The notes: a model not told the origin generated them from the letters alone. A DNA stretch of 64,000 nucleotides from a virus (IMGVR_UViG_3300017963_000025:21382-85381), one strand, 5' to 3'. Positions 19,944 through 29,916 are shown, counted from the first letter of the stretch. Made by a program: numbers and translations.

Positions 19944-20477
19944 CTATATTAGGACCATGTTATTTCCAGCAATATTTGTTTCAATATGTGTGGGTTTTGA
20001 ATCAACAGGCTTGCCCATATTTTCCTTGTAAATGAAATCCGAAACATGGTATGCGTTTACAAACTCTTGCGGGTACACATCATTGACTGGCATGTCCAAC
20101 TTAATGCTGCCGTCCCGTGACCTTCCAACCAACCAACGTTCACCCTCAATCGACACACGTACCATTTCATCCTCTTCGGCATTAGCCGTGCCATTTCGGA
20201 TAATATCAAGATATTTGCAACTTGCCTCATCCTGCAATTCGTCAGAAAGACGAACTTGGACAAATGTGTTTGCTCCGTAGCGTAGTACGTCGCCAGTTGC
20301 ATGGTCACGTTTGAGTACTTCAAAATTAGTTGCGAATTCTTCCACATCCCTGAAATTTACAGCTCTGTCACGAACCGTAAACAGGATCAGTCCATCCATG
20401 TCTCTGACGCTAACTTGCTTTGTATTGTATCCCAATGTTTGTTTCATTTCTTTTCTGATTTGCTTCGTTGTTGTCAT
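19944..20477 (-). CDS. hypothetical early protein
   Basis: ATG 20477 with AGGAG RBS just downstream of consensus promoter. Confidence 0.65.
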   Translation of the reverse strand: MTTTKQIRKEMKQTLGYNTKQVSVRDMDGLILFTVRDRAVNFRDVEEFATNFEVLKRDHATGDVLRYGANTFVQVRLSDELQDEASCKYLDIIRNGTANAEEDEMVRVSIEGERWLVGRSRDGSIKLDMPVNDVYPQEFVNAYHVSDFIYKENMGKPVDSKPTHIETNIAGNNMVLI

Positions 20478-20499
20478 GGCTTGGCTCCTTTTTGGTTTG

Positions 20500-20595
20500 G
20501 GTTTCTCTCGCTGTCTGGAATATATAATAATTCCTTTTAAGGCAATTGTCAAGTATTATTTTTCATATTTTTATTTTTTTTACACGGATGTACAC
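20500..20595 (-). promoter_or_regulatory. early promoter cassette; arm 1 of 96-bp perfect inverted repeat
   Basis: TTGACA(20552-20547)-N17-TATTAT(20529-20524) with A-rich UP element; exact reverse complement of 24899-24994. Confidence 0.85.
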
Positions 20596-20620
20596 TAATG
20601 AGTACCTGTTTTTATTTTGG

Positions 20621-20698
20621 TTATTTCGTCCATTCCGGATACTCATCCGTCCATCGATTTCCGTCGAAAAATTTTTCACTGTGCTTTATTATGAACAT
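20621..20698 (-). pseudogene. truncated paralog of 19642-19833
   Basis: MFIIKHSEKFFDGNRWTDEYP vs MFIIKYEEKFFDGNKFVSEYP. Confidence 0.7.
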
Positions 20699-20715
20699 CT
20701 TTCCCTCTATTGCTT

Positions 20716-20812
20716 TAGTGTTTTCCCCGTTACTGATTAATATCAGTAATGCCTTATAAGGAAATTGTCAAGCATTATTTTCACATCGAACAAACTTTAC
20801 ACGGATGTACAC
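20716..20812 (-). promoter_or_regulatory. degenerate copy of early promoter cassette
   Basis: TTGACA(20771-20766); shares GTGTACATCCGTGTAAA upstream and CAGTAACGGGGAAA leader with other copies. Confidence 0.6.
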
Positions 20813-20952
20813 TGTCGGATAATACCACACCCTGGCCATGCCACTTTCGGCACGATGTGGGGCATACGTGTAACACGGAAGGCACACGGCACAGGCAATC
20901 TGCAACTGTAGTTGCAGATATGTGTAACGTATTGATATCACAAGGATTGTTA

Positions 20953-20970
20953 TCCGCAAACGTTTGCGGA
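20953..20970. repeat. 18-bp palindrome copy 6
   Basis: Exact; non-coding. Confidence 0.95.
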
Positions 20971-21500
20971 CATGTGGGAAGTCTGGAAACGCTATGCACA
21001 ATCCGATTTGTGTGTGCGGATACCATGCTTGTCCGATGTCCGTTGGTGCGGAACCAGGATGTGGCGGGCAGAAACAGAATCATGGTTGGCCGAGATAAAA
21101 TCGTGGGGGGTCGAAATCCGGAATTAGAAATCCATACGTAAGCAAAGGAAATAACGATATACATAGTATGAGCATGAGTAATAATGCATAATCGTGGCAG
21201 GGAGACAAGCGTAACACCAGCAATACAAGCATAGCGCAGTAATAACGTAAGCATCAATGCTGTGGTCGTGGGAGTCGGGAAACTAACAGACAACAGGTAA
21301 TAAGAAGAACAATAAGAAATCGTGGGGTCGATAACAACAACTGGCAATTACACACATCCTTTACAAATTCACAGAACATATATTATATACGGAACAATAG
21401 CAACAAGCAACAGACAGTATGTAATCACGGGATCGATCCACCATACAGCATAGCGGGAACCGACTGTATGTCGTGGAACATCTGTTTCACATTGAGCATT

Positions 21501-21568
21501 AAACATTGAAACATTTGTAAACATTTGTTGAAACATTTGTTGAAACATTTGTTGAAACATTTGTTGAA
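21501..21568. repeat. tandem 12-bp repeat GAAACATTTGTT (3 exact copies plus degenerate flanking units)
   Basis: Direct reading of sequence. Confidence 0.9.
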
Positions 21569-21749
21569 AAAAGCCTTACCGCTCAAACCTAGAGTATCAA
21601 GGGTTTACGTTAGCCAACCTAGCTTAGCCAACCTGGAAGAACATGCGAATCGTGTACAAAATAACCGAAAACAACCCAATATGATTATATTGGGTTATAT
21701 TTTACACAAATGTACACGTAAAATGACGCGCTTTAGCGTGAAATCGTGC

Positions 21750-22499
21750 TTGCGTCATGCGTTTTAAGGCAATTGCGTCATGGATCACGATGCGAAAATC
21801 TCAGGCATACCCGGTGTTGCCAGCCCAGTGTAGTATACTTTCAATTGTGATGTCAATATGTTACGATTTATGGCAATCTTCAAGTTGACAATCTTTCAAT
21901 TGCGGTATCCGTATGCGGTGGCGGGGTATTGCCCTTCCCGGAATTGACGCAATCATCCCATTTTTTCCGTATGGTTTCCGCCTGAAACCGGGAAAATCGC
22001 TTGTGTCATTTTGCGTCATGAACTTGATCTTGGCACTAATTTTTACAATTCTCGTAACTGACTGATATAATTGCAGATCGAAAATTTCTGAGACGCAGGG
22101 AAGGTCGTCTTGCTTTCTGCCATATTTTGCTGTTTTGCGTCATAAATCGGGGGAAATCGGGGTGTTTTTTCGCATTTTTTGGCTGATTTTGCCGGATTTT
22201 CTTGCTATTTTCCCTATCTCCGCCGGTTATTTCCTTATTTTTCCATTGGAATATTGGGAATTGATCCATACCCTATTTGGTATTGCTCCTGCTTTTCACT
22301 TATTCAGTAATATCAATGGGTTACGAATTCGAGTACATGGTGAAATCCCGTTGTTTTGCGTCATATTGCGTCAAAACCCGCTACTTTTTTCAAGTTATGG
22401 CTAACTTCCAGAACGTATTGATATGATTACAAATCGAAAATTTTGAGTCTACAGGGGTTGTCGCAAAATCACCTTGTGGTAACCCGCTGTTTTGCGTCA
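21750..22499. repeat. cluster of 8 TTGCGTCA octamers (iteron-like)
   Basis: 21750, 21773, 21945(rev), 22011, 22135, 22356, 22366, 22492 in non-coding DNA. Confidence 0.75.
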
Positions 22500-22554
22500 T
22501 TTTTTACCTGATTTCGGAGTGAATTGGAAACGGGAAACACGGGAGAAATGGGAA

Positions 22555-22666
22555 CCGAACATTATTCTGCCAATGACTGGTTTAACAGAACAATGTTCGG
22601 CAAATTGCATTATACATACGCAGAATAATATTCGGTATTGTTCTTGAATTGCCGAATATTATTCTG
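22555..22666. repeat. four 15-bp CCGAA(C/T)ATT(A/G)TTCTG boxes forming two inverted pairs
   Basis: 22555(+), 22586(-), 22621(-), 22652(+); 16-nt spacer within each pair. Confidence 0.85.
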
Positions 22667-22900
22667 TGCTTAGATCGCTTTCAGATAACCATCCGCTTTC
22701 ATCTCCGTTATCGTACCTGATTTTATATTTTTCCCAAATGATTGGTTTTTTAAAAGCTGGTAGCGATCTGTTCTGTATGCATATTATTGTTGCCCCCATA
22801 TTTTTATTCAACCCAGAAGCCATGTGTGCCGGTGACAAAATATCATGCCAAGTTTTTTATCCTGCGACCACGATCTTAGAAGATCGTTGTCTTCCCCGAT

Positions 22901-23025
22901 GGTATCCCCGCATCCGTCCGCGCTACAGGTAAATTTTCTGACGAAACACGGATCTGTGTGGTTGAGGGAAAAGCATCCGGAATCACAATAGTAGTGGTCA
23001 AATCGACAACACCGATAATCCGGTG
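22901..23025 (-). repeat. diverged duplicate of ~24101-24222 (Cys-rich domain)
   Basis: PDYRC..CFSLNHTDPCFVRKFTCSADGCGDTIG vs PDYWC..CFSLDHTYPCFARKLTCGVDGCGHTIG. Confidence 0.7.
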
Positions 23026-23079
23026 TCCTTATCCTATTATTTATATTATCACAAAAGAAGACTATTAAAAAGTTAAAAA

Positions 23080-23352
23080 TTACGCTTTCAAATGTTCTTT
23101 TATTATTTCAGCAAATTGTTCTTCAAGCTCATCAATTTCCTTTTCGATATTTAATGGGAACAATATTCTAAATGTGTGATAAATACGGCTTGGAAAGTCA
23201 AAATATCCATTATCACAATGTTTGTCTATTTCGATATCAAATTCGTCTTCTTTCACTCCGATGTTTTCCGCAACGTTGGCGAGAACGGGATCGTCCGAAA
23301 TTTCTTCCGCTGCAAAATAGCTGTAGCCCAATTTTGTGAATTCGTATCTCAT
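23080..23352 (-). CDS. small acidic hypothetical protein
   Basis: RBS AGGAGG. Confidence 0.65.
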   Translation of the reverse strand: MRYEFTKLGYSYFAAEEISDDPVLANVAENIGVKEDEFDIEIDKHCDNGYFDFPSRIYHTFRILFPLNIEKEIDELEEQFAEIIKEHLKA

Positions 23353-23391
23353 GATACCTCCTTTTCTGTCAGGGTAAATCCAAGGGTGTCA

Positions 23392-23409
23392 TCCGCAAAC
23401 GTTTGCGGA
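23392..23409. repeat. 18-bp palindrome copy 7
   Basis: Exact; intergenic. Confidence 0.95.
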
Positions 23410-23470
23410 TTTTTCTGTTGATTCGCTGAGACATTCCGCCCAGCTTGCCCGTCTGGCCATGACGGCAAAA

Positions 23471-23797
23471 TTATACTCTGCCAAACAAAATGTCAATCGG
23501 GTTAACACCGGTCATATCCTGTCTTTCCTCCAAATCTTCCTTGTCCAAGGTGATTTCATACCCTGCCAATTCATTTCTGTGAAAATCAAGGCTGTGCTGC
23601 GTGTTTCGTATGATAGATGCCTTGGTCTGGCCAATTACTCCGGGGAACAAGTGACCAAACTTTGCCACTGCTTCTTTGGCCGACATTTTTTTAACTTCGG
23701 CAAGTCTGCTTTCCAGGGTGTTGATGATTTCTCTCAATCTCAGGGTTTCTTCAAAATTTTCTATCCCGTAGATTTTTGTTTCGGTTGCGTTTGTCAT
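23471..23797 (-). CDS. hypothetical early protein
   Basis: Directly downstream of promoter cassette, GGGGG RBS. Confidence 0.65.
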   Translation of the reverse strand: MTNATETKIYGIENFEETLRLREIINTLESRLAEVKKMSAKEAVAKFGHLFPGVIGQTKASIIRNTQHSLDFHRNELAGYEITLDKEDLEERQDMTGVNPIDILFGRV

Positions 23798-23842
23798 GTC
23801 GACCCCCTTTTTGGTTAGTGTGTTTCCCCGTTACTGAAATAT

Positions 23843-23903
23843 ATAATAATTCCTTTTAAGGAAATTGTCAAGCATTATTTTTCATATTTTTTATTTTTTT
23901 TAC
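23843..23903 (-). promoter_or_regulatory. early promoter cassette copy
   Basis: TTGACA(23871-23866)-N17-TATTAT(23848-23843) plus same UP element. Confidence 0.85.
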
Positions 23904-23993
23904 ATGATAACCGTCCAAGGCCATCCTGGCCACACGGTCAGGGGGCCATTCCGACAGAAATTCGTTCCAGCCCGCTCGAAGCGGGCTACTTTG

Positions 23994-24011
23994 TCCGCAA
24001 ACGTTTGCGGG
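23994..24011. repeat. 18-bp palindrome copy 8 (1 mismatch)
   Basis: Intergenic. Confidence 0.9.
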
Positions 24012-24084
24012 GTTATATTGACATGTGTTTTATCTGTTCGGCAAGTATGGCGCATCGCTCTCTTATTTTTATATATCCAATGCG

Positions 24085-24495
24085 CTATTCTCCCCCGATA
24101 GTATGCCCGCATCCGTCCACGCCACAGGTGAGTTTTCTGGCAAAACACGGATATGTGTGGTCAAGAGAAAAGCATCTGTAATGGCAATAGTGTTGAAAAA
24201 AATTACACCAGTAATCCGGTGCAAGGTTTGCACACATTTTTTTGCTCAGAAATTTTTCAACAGCATCAACGTCACTATGAGCCATAAAAAATGAGAATTT
24301 TTCATGACCAAACTGATAATCGAAAAGCATGTAATCGTATATTTCAGGTGGTTTGATTGTCAAGCCTTGGGGGAAACGCAATGAAAATTCCGTATCAGGC
24401 CATGCGGCTACAAAAAATCGCCCTATTACCGTAATCTTTTCTCCGTGCTTCGGTCCTCCGATACAATACGCCGTTACTTTTTGGGCATTTTCCAT
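24085..24495 (-). CDS. hypothetical protein with Cys-rich C-terminus
   Basis: RBS AGGAG; CIGGPKHG motif. Confidence 0.55.
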   Translation of the reverse strand: MENAQKVTAYCIGGPKHGEKITVIGRFFVAAWPDTEFSLRFPQGLTIKPPEIYDYMLFDYQFGHEKFSFFMAHSDVDAVEKFLSKKMCANLAPDYWCNFFQHYCHYRCFSLDHTYPCFARKLTCGVDGCGHTIGGE

Positions 24496-24512
24496 TTGAC
24501 TCTCCTTTTTTG

Positions 24513-24773
24513 TCAGAATTCAAGCCAACCCGTGCGGCGGGATTTTTTGTATTGATTTGCAGCTCCGCCCCATTCCAATAGCCACCCAAATTCCCGATCA
24601 AATACCCGCCCGCACCTGGTTTCAAATAATTCCCTTTCTTCCCCTTCGCACAACGAGAAAAATGATCTTTTTACAATTGCCGAATTTCGAGAATATAAAC
24701 CACTCCCACATTTTAGATAATATGCTATTTTTTTCCCGTTATATATTTTCACAGCTTTACCTCCCATGTCCAT
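24513..24773 (-). CDS. hypothetical early protein
   Basis: Downstream of promoter 24820-24848. Confidence 0.45.
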   Translation of the reverse strand: MDMGGKAVKIYNGKKIAYYLKCGSGLYSRNSAIVKRSFFSLCEGEERELFETRCGRVFDREFGWLLEWGGAANQYKKSRRTGWLEF

Positions 24774-24819
24774 GTGTCGGCCCCCTTGTGGTTAAGTGTT
24801 TTCCCCATGTTCTGAGTAT

Positions 24820-24864
24820 ATAATAATTCCTTTTAAGGCAATTGTCAAGTATTATTTTTCATAT
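24820..24864 (-). promoter_or_regulatory. early promoter cassette copy (divergent pair, leftward)
   Basis: TTGACA(24848-24843)-N17-TATTAT(24825-24820). Confidence 0.85.
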
Positions 24865-24898
24865 AACCGAATATTTGCGAGAGAGCGTTATTTTGATG

Positions 24899-24994
24899 GT
24901 GTACATCCGTGTAAAAAAAATAAAAATATGAAAAATAATACTTGACAATTGCCTTAAAAGGAATTATTATATATTCCAGACAGCGAGAGAAACC
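24899..24994 (+). promoter_or_regulatory. early promoter cassette; arm 2 of 96-bp inverted repeat
   Basis: TTGACA(24942)-N17-TATTAT(24965). Confidence 0.85.
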
Positions 24995-25015
24995 GACAAC
25001 CACGGGAGAAAGACA

Positions 25016-25459
25016 ATGAAAAAGCAATCCGCTATTGGAAAAATTCTGAGGGACATCCATACAAGTTATGTTACCGGAAAACCTCTTGATATGCGTCGTC
25101 ATCCGGCCCATGTTAAAACCAGGGTCATAGATTTTGGTTGGATGATCCATAGTGACACCGGACGATGGTACGGGAATCTTGTTCGGGATTGTTACCAACG
25201 TCTTTCCACTGCGGAATTGTATGAAATATTTTTGGATATGGTCCGTGATCTGGGACCGGAATATGTCGGCGGGATGATAAGAACATCCGACATATGGGAT
25301 AGCGTTCTTAACGTATCCGCAGACAAAGCAAATAGGCGGTTGGATATCATGCAATATCTTGAAAGGCTTGACCGTAACGGGTATATCGTATTCCAATATG
25401 CCGGAGACGTATGGTCAATAACCATTATTAGGGAGGGGAAAATCAATGACCATATTTGA
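25016..25459 (+). CDS. hypothetical early protein
   Basis: First gene after promoter, GGAG RBS. Confidence 0.6.
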   Translation: MKKQSAIGKILRDIHTSYVTGKPLDMRRHPAHVKTRVIDFGWMIHSDTGRWYGNLVRDCYQRLSTAELYEIFLDMVRDLGPEYVGGMIRTSDIWDSVLNVSADKANRRLDIMQYLERLDRNGYIVFQYAGDVWSITIIREGKINDHI

Positions 25460-26717
25460 GGAAAGCGGATACATACTGGAAAACAGATTGGCTGATTTCC
25501 AAAAGTCAGTCAAAACCCTGAATAGGCGATTCACCAAAAAGGGAATATCAACGGTCAAAATCGAAGTTGGCGAGGTTGAAACAAGTGAAATCAATCTTCC
25601 CACAAGTGATGACGGGGATGATCATACCGCTATCCGTGAATTCGTTACGATCCGTGAAGTGTTCGTGAAAATTACGTGGGAAGCCGAACTGTGTATTTCC
25701 GGTTATAAATTGGTTTCGGCGTTGGAAAATGTCGAGGACAAAATTTTTGCAAACAACGTCCCCAAAGAAGCACTCCTGGAAATGCCGGCAAAGATTGTTT
25801 GTGACCATTGCGGCACCAACCGCCGCCGCCGCCGCTATGCCTATGTGTTGGAAAATACGGAAACCGGAAAGCAGATTATGGTAGGCAAACAATGTCTCCG
25901 GGATTTCCTTGGACACGATCCCGCGCTGCTAATCGAGGCAGCGGCGTTCAAGTTTGATCTTCGTGACTTTGGTTTGCCCGATGACGATGATTACGGATCA
26001 TCTTACAACCGAGGTGATGTCTCTTTCGGTCTTATAAAATATTTGTCGGTTTCATTCGGCGTAATCGACAAATACGGCTATGTCAGGGCATCGGACCCCG
26101 ACAAAAGGCCGACACGAGACAGGGTAAACAGTCATATCGGCCAATCATTGGACAGACGCGGAACGACAGAACAGGAAAGGTCCGAGTTTTCCGATATCTC
26201 TGAAAGAGCAAAGAAATACTCGGACAAAATTGATACGGTGATTGGTTATTTTGAATCAATCACCGAGGACGCGAATAACAGCTACCTTCATAATATCAGA
26301 AATATTCTGGAAATGGGCAGTGTGCCGAAAAAATATTCAGGATATGTGGTTTCCATGCCAAGTGTGTGGCTTCGGCATGAGGAAAAAATGAGGGCGGAAT
26401 CGGACAATACTTCCGAATTTGTGGGCAAACCAAAAGAACGGCTAAGAGATTTGCAACTGATGGTTAAAGGTGTAAGGGCTTTTGACGGTGCATACGGCCC
26501 CACCTATCTTTACACATTTTCGGATGAAACCGGAAACCTGTTTAAGTGGTTTTCGAGTAAATACGCCGGGTTGGAAACAGAAGACGAGGTGACCCTTGAC
26601 GGCACCGTAAGGAATCATGTCACAGACAGGTATATGAACAACCAACACGTAACCGTGCTGACTCGGTGCAAACTTTACGAATCAAACCAGAGAAAGGGGG
26701 GATGCCATGCAACATAA
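25446..26717 (+). CDS. phage protein with Zn motif and probable C-terminal OB fold
   Basis: CDHCGTNRRR..VGKQC; FVG..KER..YG...Y.F.D..GN.FKWFSS..GTV..H. Confidence 0.65.
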   Translation: MTIFEESGYILENRLADFQKSVKTLNRRFTKKGISTVKIEVGEVETSEINLPTSDDGDDHTAIREFVTIREVFVKITWEAELCISGYKLVSALENVEDKIFANNVPKEALLEMPAKIVCDHCGTNRRRRRYAYVLENTETGKQIMVGKQCLRDFLGHDPALLIEAAAFKFDLRDFGLPDDDDYGSSYNRGDVSFGLIKYLSVSFGVIDKYGYVRASDPDKRPTRDRVNSHIGQSLDRRGTTEQERSEFSDISERAKKYSDKIDTVIGYFESITEDANNSYLHNIRNILEMGSVPKKYSGYVVSMPSVWLRHEEKMRAESDNTSEFVGKPKERLRDLQLMVKGVRAFDGAYGPTYLYTFSDETGNLFKWFSSKYAGLETEDEVTLDGTVRNHVTDRYMNNQHVTVLTRCKLYESNQRKGGCHAT

Positions 26718-26995
26718 ATAACGGCAAGACCGGGGAAATTTAAAACCAAACTCGGACGAACCCAAACTGTTCACGCAAAACAGTCCCCGGTCGAACCGTG
26801 ATGTCAAAAACGTATTTGTCACACGGTGAGGAGAAAAGAATGGTCGAAAACTTTTTGCTTGTCACACGAAAAGCGGATATTACATTCCTTACCATATTTT
26901 CACCATGTATTCGGATTTTTCATGTCCCCCCTACCAAACGGGGACTAAAATTATATGATATTTTGAATCGATTTTTCCTGTTGGGAGATAGCGCT

Positions 26996-28567
26996 GTGAA
27001 TAAACAAAAGTATGAATTTGAGGACGAACCTATCAGGGGATATCCTGAACTCAGATGGCAGGGGAAACGTCCTTTCCGGTCCACCCAGTTTTACCCGGCT
27101 CAGTTGAAGGAAACGTACGGGAAACCTGTGGACGGATGGCTTAACAGGATATATTGGGGAGACAATCATCAAGTTATGAGTCACCTAATGAAGGAATTCA
27201 GGGGAAAAGTGCAGTTGATTTATATAGATCCTCCGTTTAACAGCAAGGCGGAGTATAAAAAGAAAGTGATTTTGAAAGGAAAGCACCATTCGGTATTTGA
27301 AGAGAAACAATATACTGATATCTGGACAAACGATGATTATTTGCAGTTCATGTATGAACGATTGATATTATGCCGAGAATTGCTATCTGATCAAGGAAGC
27401 ATATATATTCATTTAGGCCCAAATATAAGCCATTATGTAAAAACAATAGTCGATGGAGTTTTCGGCCCTTCAAATTTTTTAAATGAATTAATTTGGAAAA
27501 GAGCTTTCGGTCATAGTGATTCAGGAAAATTTGGAGCTATTCATGATATAATTTTATTTTATGGAAAAAACAAACAAAGGATATGGAATAAACTTTTCCA
27601 GAAACCTGATAAAGAATATATTAACCGTTTCTTTGATAGTTATGACAAAGAAAGAAACGAGAGATACCAGCGGCTTAGTCTCTCGGCAGGGGGATTGACA
27701 GGAGGAGGTTATGACTATGAGTACAAGGGAGTACGAACAAACTGGCGATGTCCACTTTCCACTTTAAAAAAGCATGATAAAGAAAAAAGGCTGCATTGGC
27801 CAAAAAATGGCGGTGTACCACGCTTGAAGAAATATGAAAGCGAATACAAAGGGATGCCTATACAAGACTTATGGCTCGACATTAGTAAGATTCATAATCA
27901 GTCTCCAGAACTATACGGTTATCCTACTCAAAAGCCAGAAGCTCTTCTCGAACGTATAATCATGGCCTCTTCCAACCCAAGTGATCTTGTCTTGGATTGT
28001 TTCATGGGGTCCGGAACAACACAAGCCGTTGCAATGAAACTCGGTCGCCGCTTTATCGGAGCCGACATCAATCTCGGCGCTATTCAGATAACCACAAAGC
28101 GCCTCCTGTCCGTGGCCGCCAATCTGAAACAGCAAAACGCCCAGGTCCAAATCGATACCGATTCAGATGATGATTTGATCCATTACACCGGCTTTTCCGT
28201 GTACAACGTGGAAATTCTCCGGGATGAAGCAAATCTCGAATTCAAGCGGGACTCTGAGGCGAAAGTCATTGTGAGCAATGGTAAACTGGTCATTGAACAG
28301 TTTTATCCCATGAATCTTCTACAAAAACTAAGTCTGTTCGAAGAAAATGTCGAAGACTGGCGAGAACTTACGGAATCCGTCATGGTCGACTGGAATTATG
28401 ACGGTGATGTATTGCGGCCGGAAATCACCGACATTCCGGGAAAGAACAAACTGGTCAAAGGCGAGTACAAAATCCCGAAAAAGTATAGCAGAATAAGAGT
28501 TAAGATAACTGATATGCTGTCGGAACACTGGGAAGGCGATGTGTCAATGGCTATGCGCGGTCAATAG
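26996..28567 (+). CDS. Type III Mod-like N6/N4 DNA methyltransferase (beta class)
   Basis: IYWGDN, YIDPPF, YPTQKPEALLERII, LDCFMGSGTT; GTG 26996 with GGAG RBS. Confidence 0.9.
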   Translation: MNKQKYEFEDEPIRGYPELRWQGKRPFRSTQFYPAQLKETYGKPVDGWLNRIYWGDNHQVMSHLMKEFRGKVQLIYIDPPFNSKAEYKKKVILKGKHHSVFEEKQYTDIWTNDDYLQFMYERLILCRELLSDQGSIYIHLGPNISHYVKTIVDGVFGPSNFLNELIWKRAFGHSDSGKFGAIHDIILFYGKNKQRIWNKLFQKPDKEYINRFFDSYDKERNERYQRLSLSAGGLTGGGYDYEYKGVRTNWRCPLSTLKKHDKEKRLHWPKNGGVPRLKKYESEYKGMPIQDLWLDISKIHNQSPELYGYPTQKPEALLERIIMASSNPSDLVLDCFMGSGTTQAVAMKLGRRFIGADINLGAIQITTKRLLSVAANLKQQNAQVQIDTDSDDDLIHYTGFSVYNVEILRDEANLEFKRDSEAKVIVSNGKLVIEQFYPMNLLQKLSLFEENVEDWRELTESVMVDWNYDGDVLRPEITDIPGKNKLVKGEYKIPKKYSRIRVKITDMLSEHWEGDVSMAMRGQ

Positions 28568-28676
28568 GAATGAGTGTGAATCGAATTGATGCGAATATTG
28601 TGAATTGAAAGAAACGGACAAGGGAAGGTATGTCCTTCTGTCCTCTTCACTTTCCCAATTCTTTTGAAAAAAACTA

Positions 28677-28751
28677 AAAAAATATGAAAAATAATGCTTG
28701 ACAATTGCCTTAAAAGGAATTATTATATATTTCAGACAGCGAGAGAAACCC
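28677..28751 (+). promoter_or_regulatory. early promoter cassette copy
   Basis: TTGACA(28698)-N17-TATTAT(28721), same leader CAGACAGCGAGAGAAACC. Confidence 0.85.
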
Positions 28752-28768
28752 AAAACAAAAAGGATATG

Positions 28769-28786
28769 TCCGCAAACGTTTGCGGA
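28769..28786. repeat. 18-bp palindrome copy 9
   Basis: Exact; between early promoter and RBS. Confidence 0.95.
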
Positions 28787-28803
28787 CAGAAAAGGAGGGT
28801 CAA

Positions 28804-29100
28804 ATGAATAGGTTAAAAAAAATTTATTCGGATTGTAAAGTCTTGGGTTTGAGTCAAATGATAGTGGATGGTTCCAAATGGTATGATACACAGGTGACTG
28901 ATTTTAATGATATTATGATTATTGCCGAACGAGGCTGTGATGGCCTCGGGCGCAAAATTCGCAAAATGGCATTGTCTTTACAAGACATTGATGGCTGCCA
29001 AAAACTTGTTGATTTTGACCCGGAAGAAATTTTGCTTATTTACGGTGATCAAATAAAAAAAAGAGAGAATTCGGATACCGACGTATGGAGGGAAATATGA
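28804..29100 (+). CDS. hypothetical early protein
   Basis: RBS AGGAGG. Confidence 0.6.
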   Translation: MNRLKKIYSDCKVLGLSQMIVDGSKWYDTQVTDFNDIMIIAERGCDGLGRKIRKMALSLQDIDGCQKLVDFDPEEILLIYGDQIKKRENSDTDVWREI

Positions 29101-29369
29101 TGATCTGCTATGCACTCATTAACAAACAGAAACGATATGCCAGTCGGGTACAGTGTGACCGTTCGTTTGTCGAATCCGTAATGTTGAACCATGATGTGCT
29201 TCGCGGGATGTGCAAAATAGAATTCGGCGCTCATCCGGTAATATTCGATTCCTTAACGGAAGTGAAGAAAATTGCCACACATAAAGGATTGCGCGTGGTC
29301 ACGCTGAAAAAATGGTTTACCGACTTTATAGAGGGAAAATCAAAGCAGATTTTAAGTGAGTCAACGTGA
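29097..29369 (+). CDS. hypothetical protein
   Basis: ATGA overlap, GGAGG RBS. Confidence 0.55.
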   Translation: MMICYALINKQKRYASRVQCDRSFVESVMLNHDVLRGMCKIEFGAHPVIFDSLTEVKKIATHKGLRVVTLKKWFTDFIEGKSKQILSEST

Positions 29370-29460
29370 GATGAGAAAACCAAACTTTATGAGTCACCCA
29401 TATTAGATAAGTGAGGCCGAAATCTTAAAGACGCCGTAAGCAAACGGAGGAATATTACAT

Positions 29461-29916
29461 ATGAAGTATGACAAAGAATTGTTTCGTGCGGCAATCGCCA
29501 TTGCCAGGGACCGCAAAATCAATGATTATACGCACATCAAACTGATTTATGATAATTTGCATGATACATTCAAAGGAACATCCGAACAGTCTCAACGCAC
29601 AACGGATAAAACAGATGGTATACCGAAACTACCGACAGATATCAATCCGATCATTGTCGTTCGAAGAACTGCTAATTTTGATAATGCCTGTGACACGGCA
29701 AACCGATTAGTGGCAGAATTACTAAAACGTGATGGGGGCGGGGATTATGATGCTATGCCGGAGTTTGATAGTGTGTGGCATGCCCTCCGTATTTCACTGG
29801 TAACATATTATATGTATACCCATATAACCCGCCTTATTCATGTTTACGAGTTTGAGGTATCCGTAACCTGTCAGAAGAAAGATGATGTTTATGTGAAAGA
29901 ATTAGCGGAAACTTAA
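29461..29916 (+). CDS. hypothetical protein
   Basis: RBS GGAGG, 151 aa. Confidence 0.6.
   Translation: MKYDKELFRAAIAIARDRKINDYTHIKLIYDNLHDTFKGTSEQSQRTTDKTDGIPKLPTDINPIIVVRRTANFDNACDTANRLVAELLKRDGGGDYDAMPEFDSVWHALRISLVTYYMYTHITRLIHVYEFEVSVTCQKKDDVYVKELAET

Noticed and set aside
21369-21767. ORFs MFQQMFQQ.. and MLKHLLKH..
   Set aside because: Translations of the 12-bp tandem repeat in a non-coding region.
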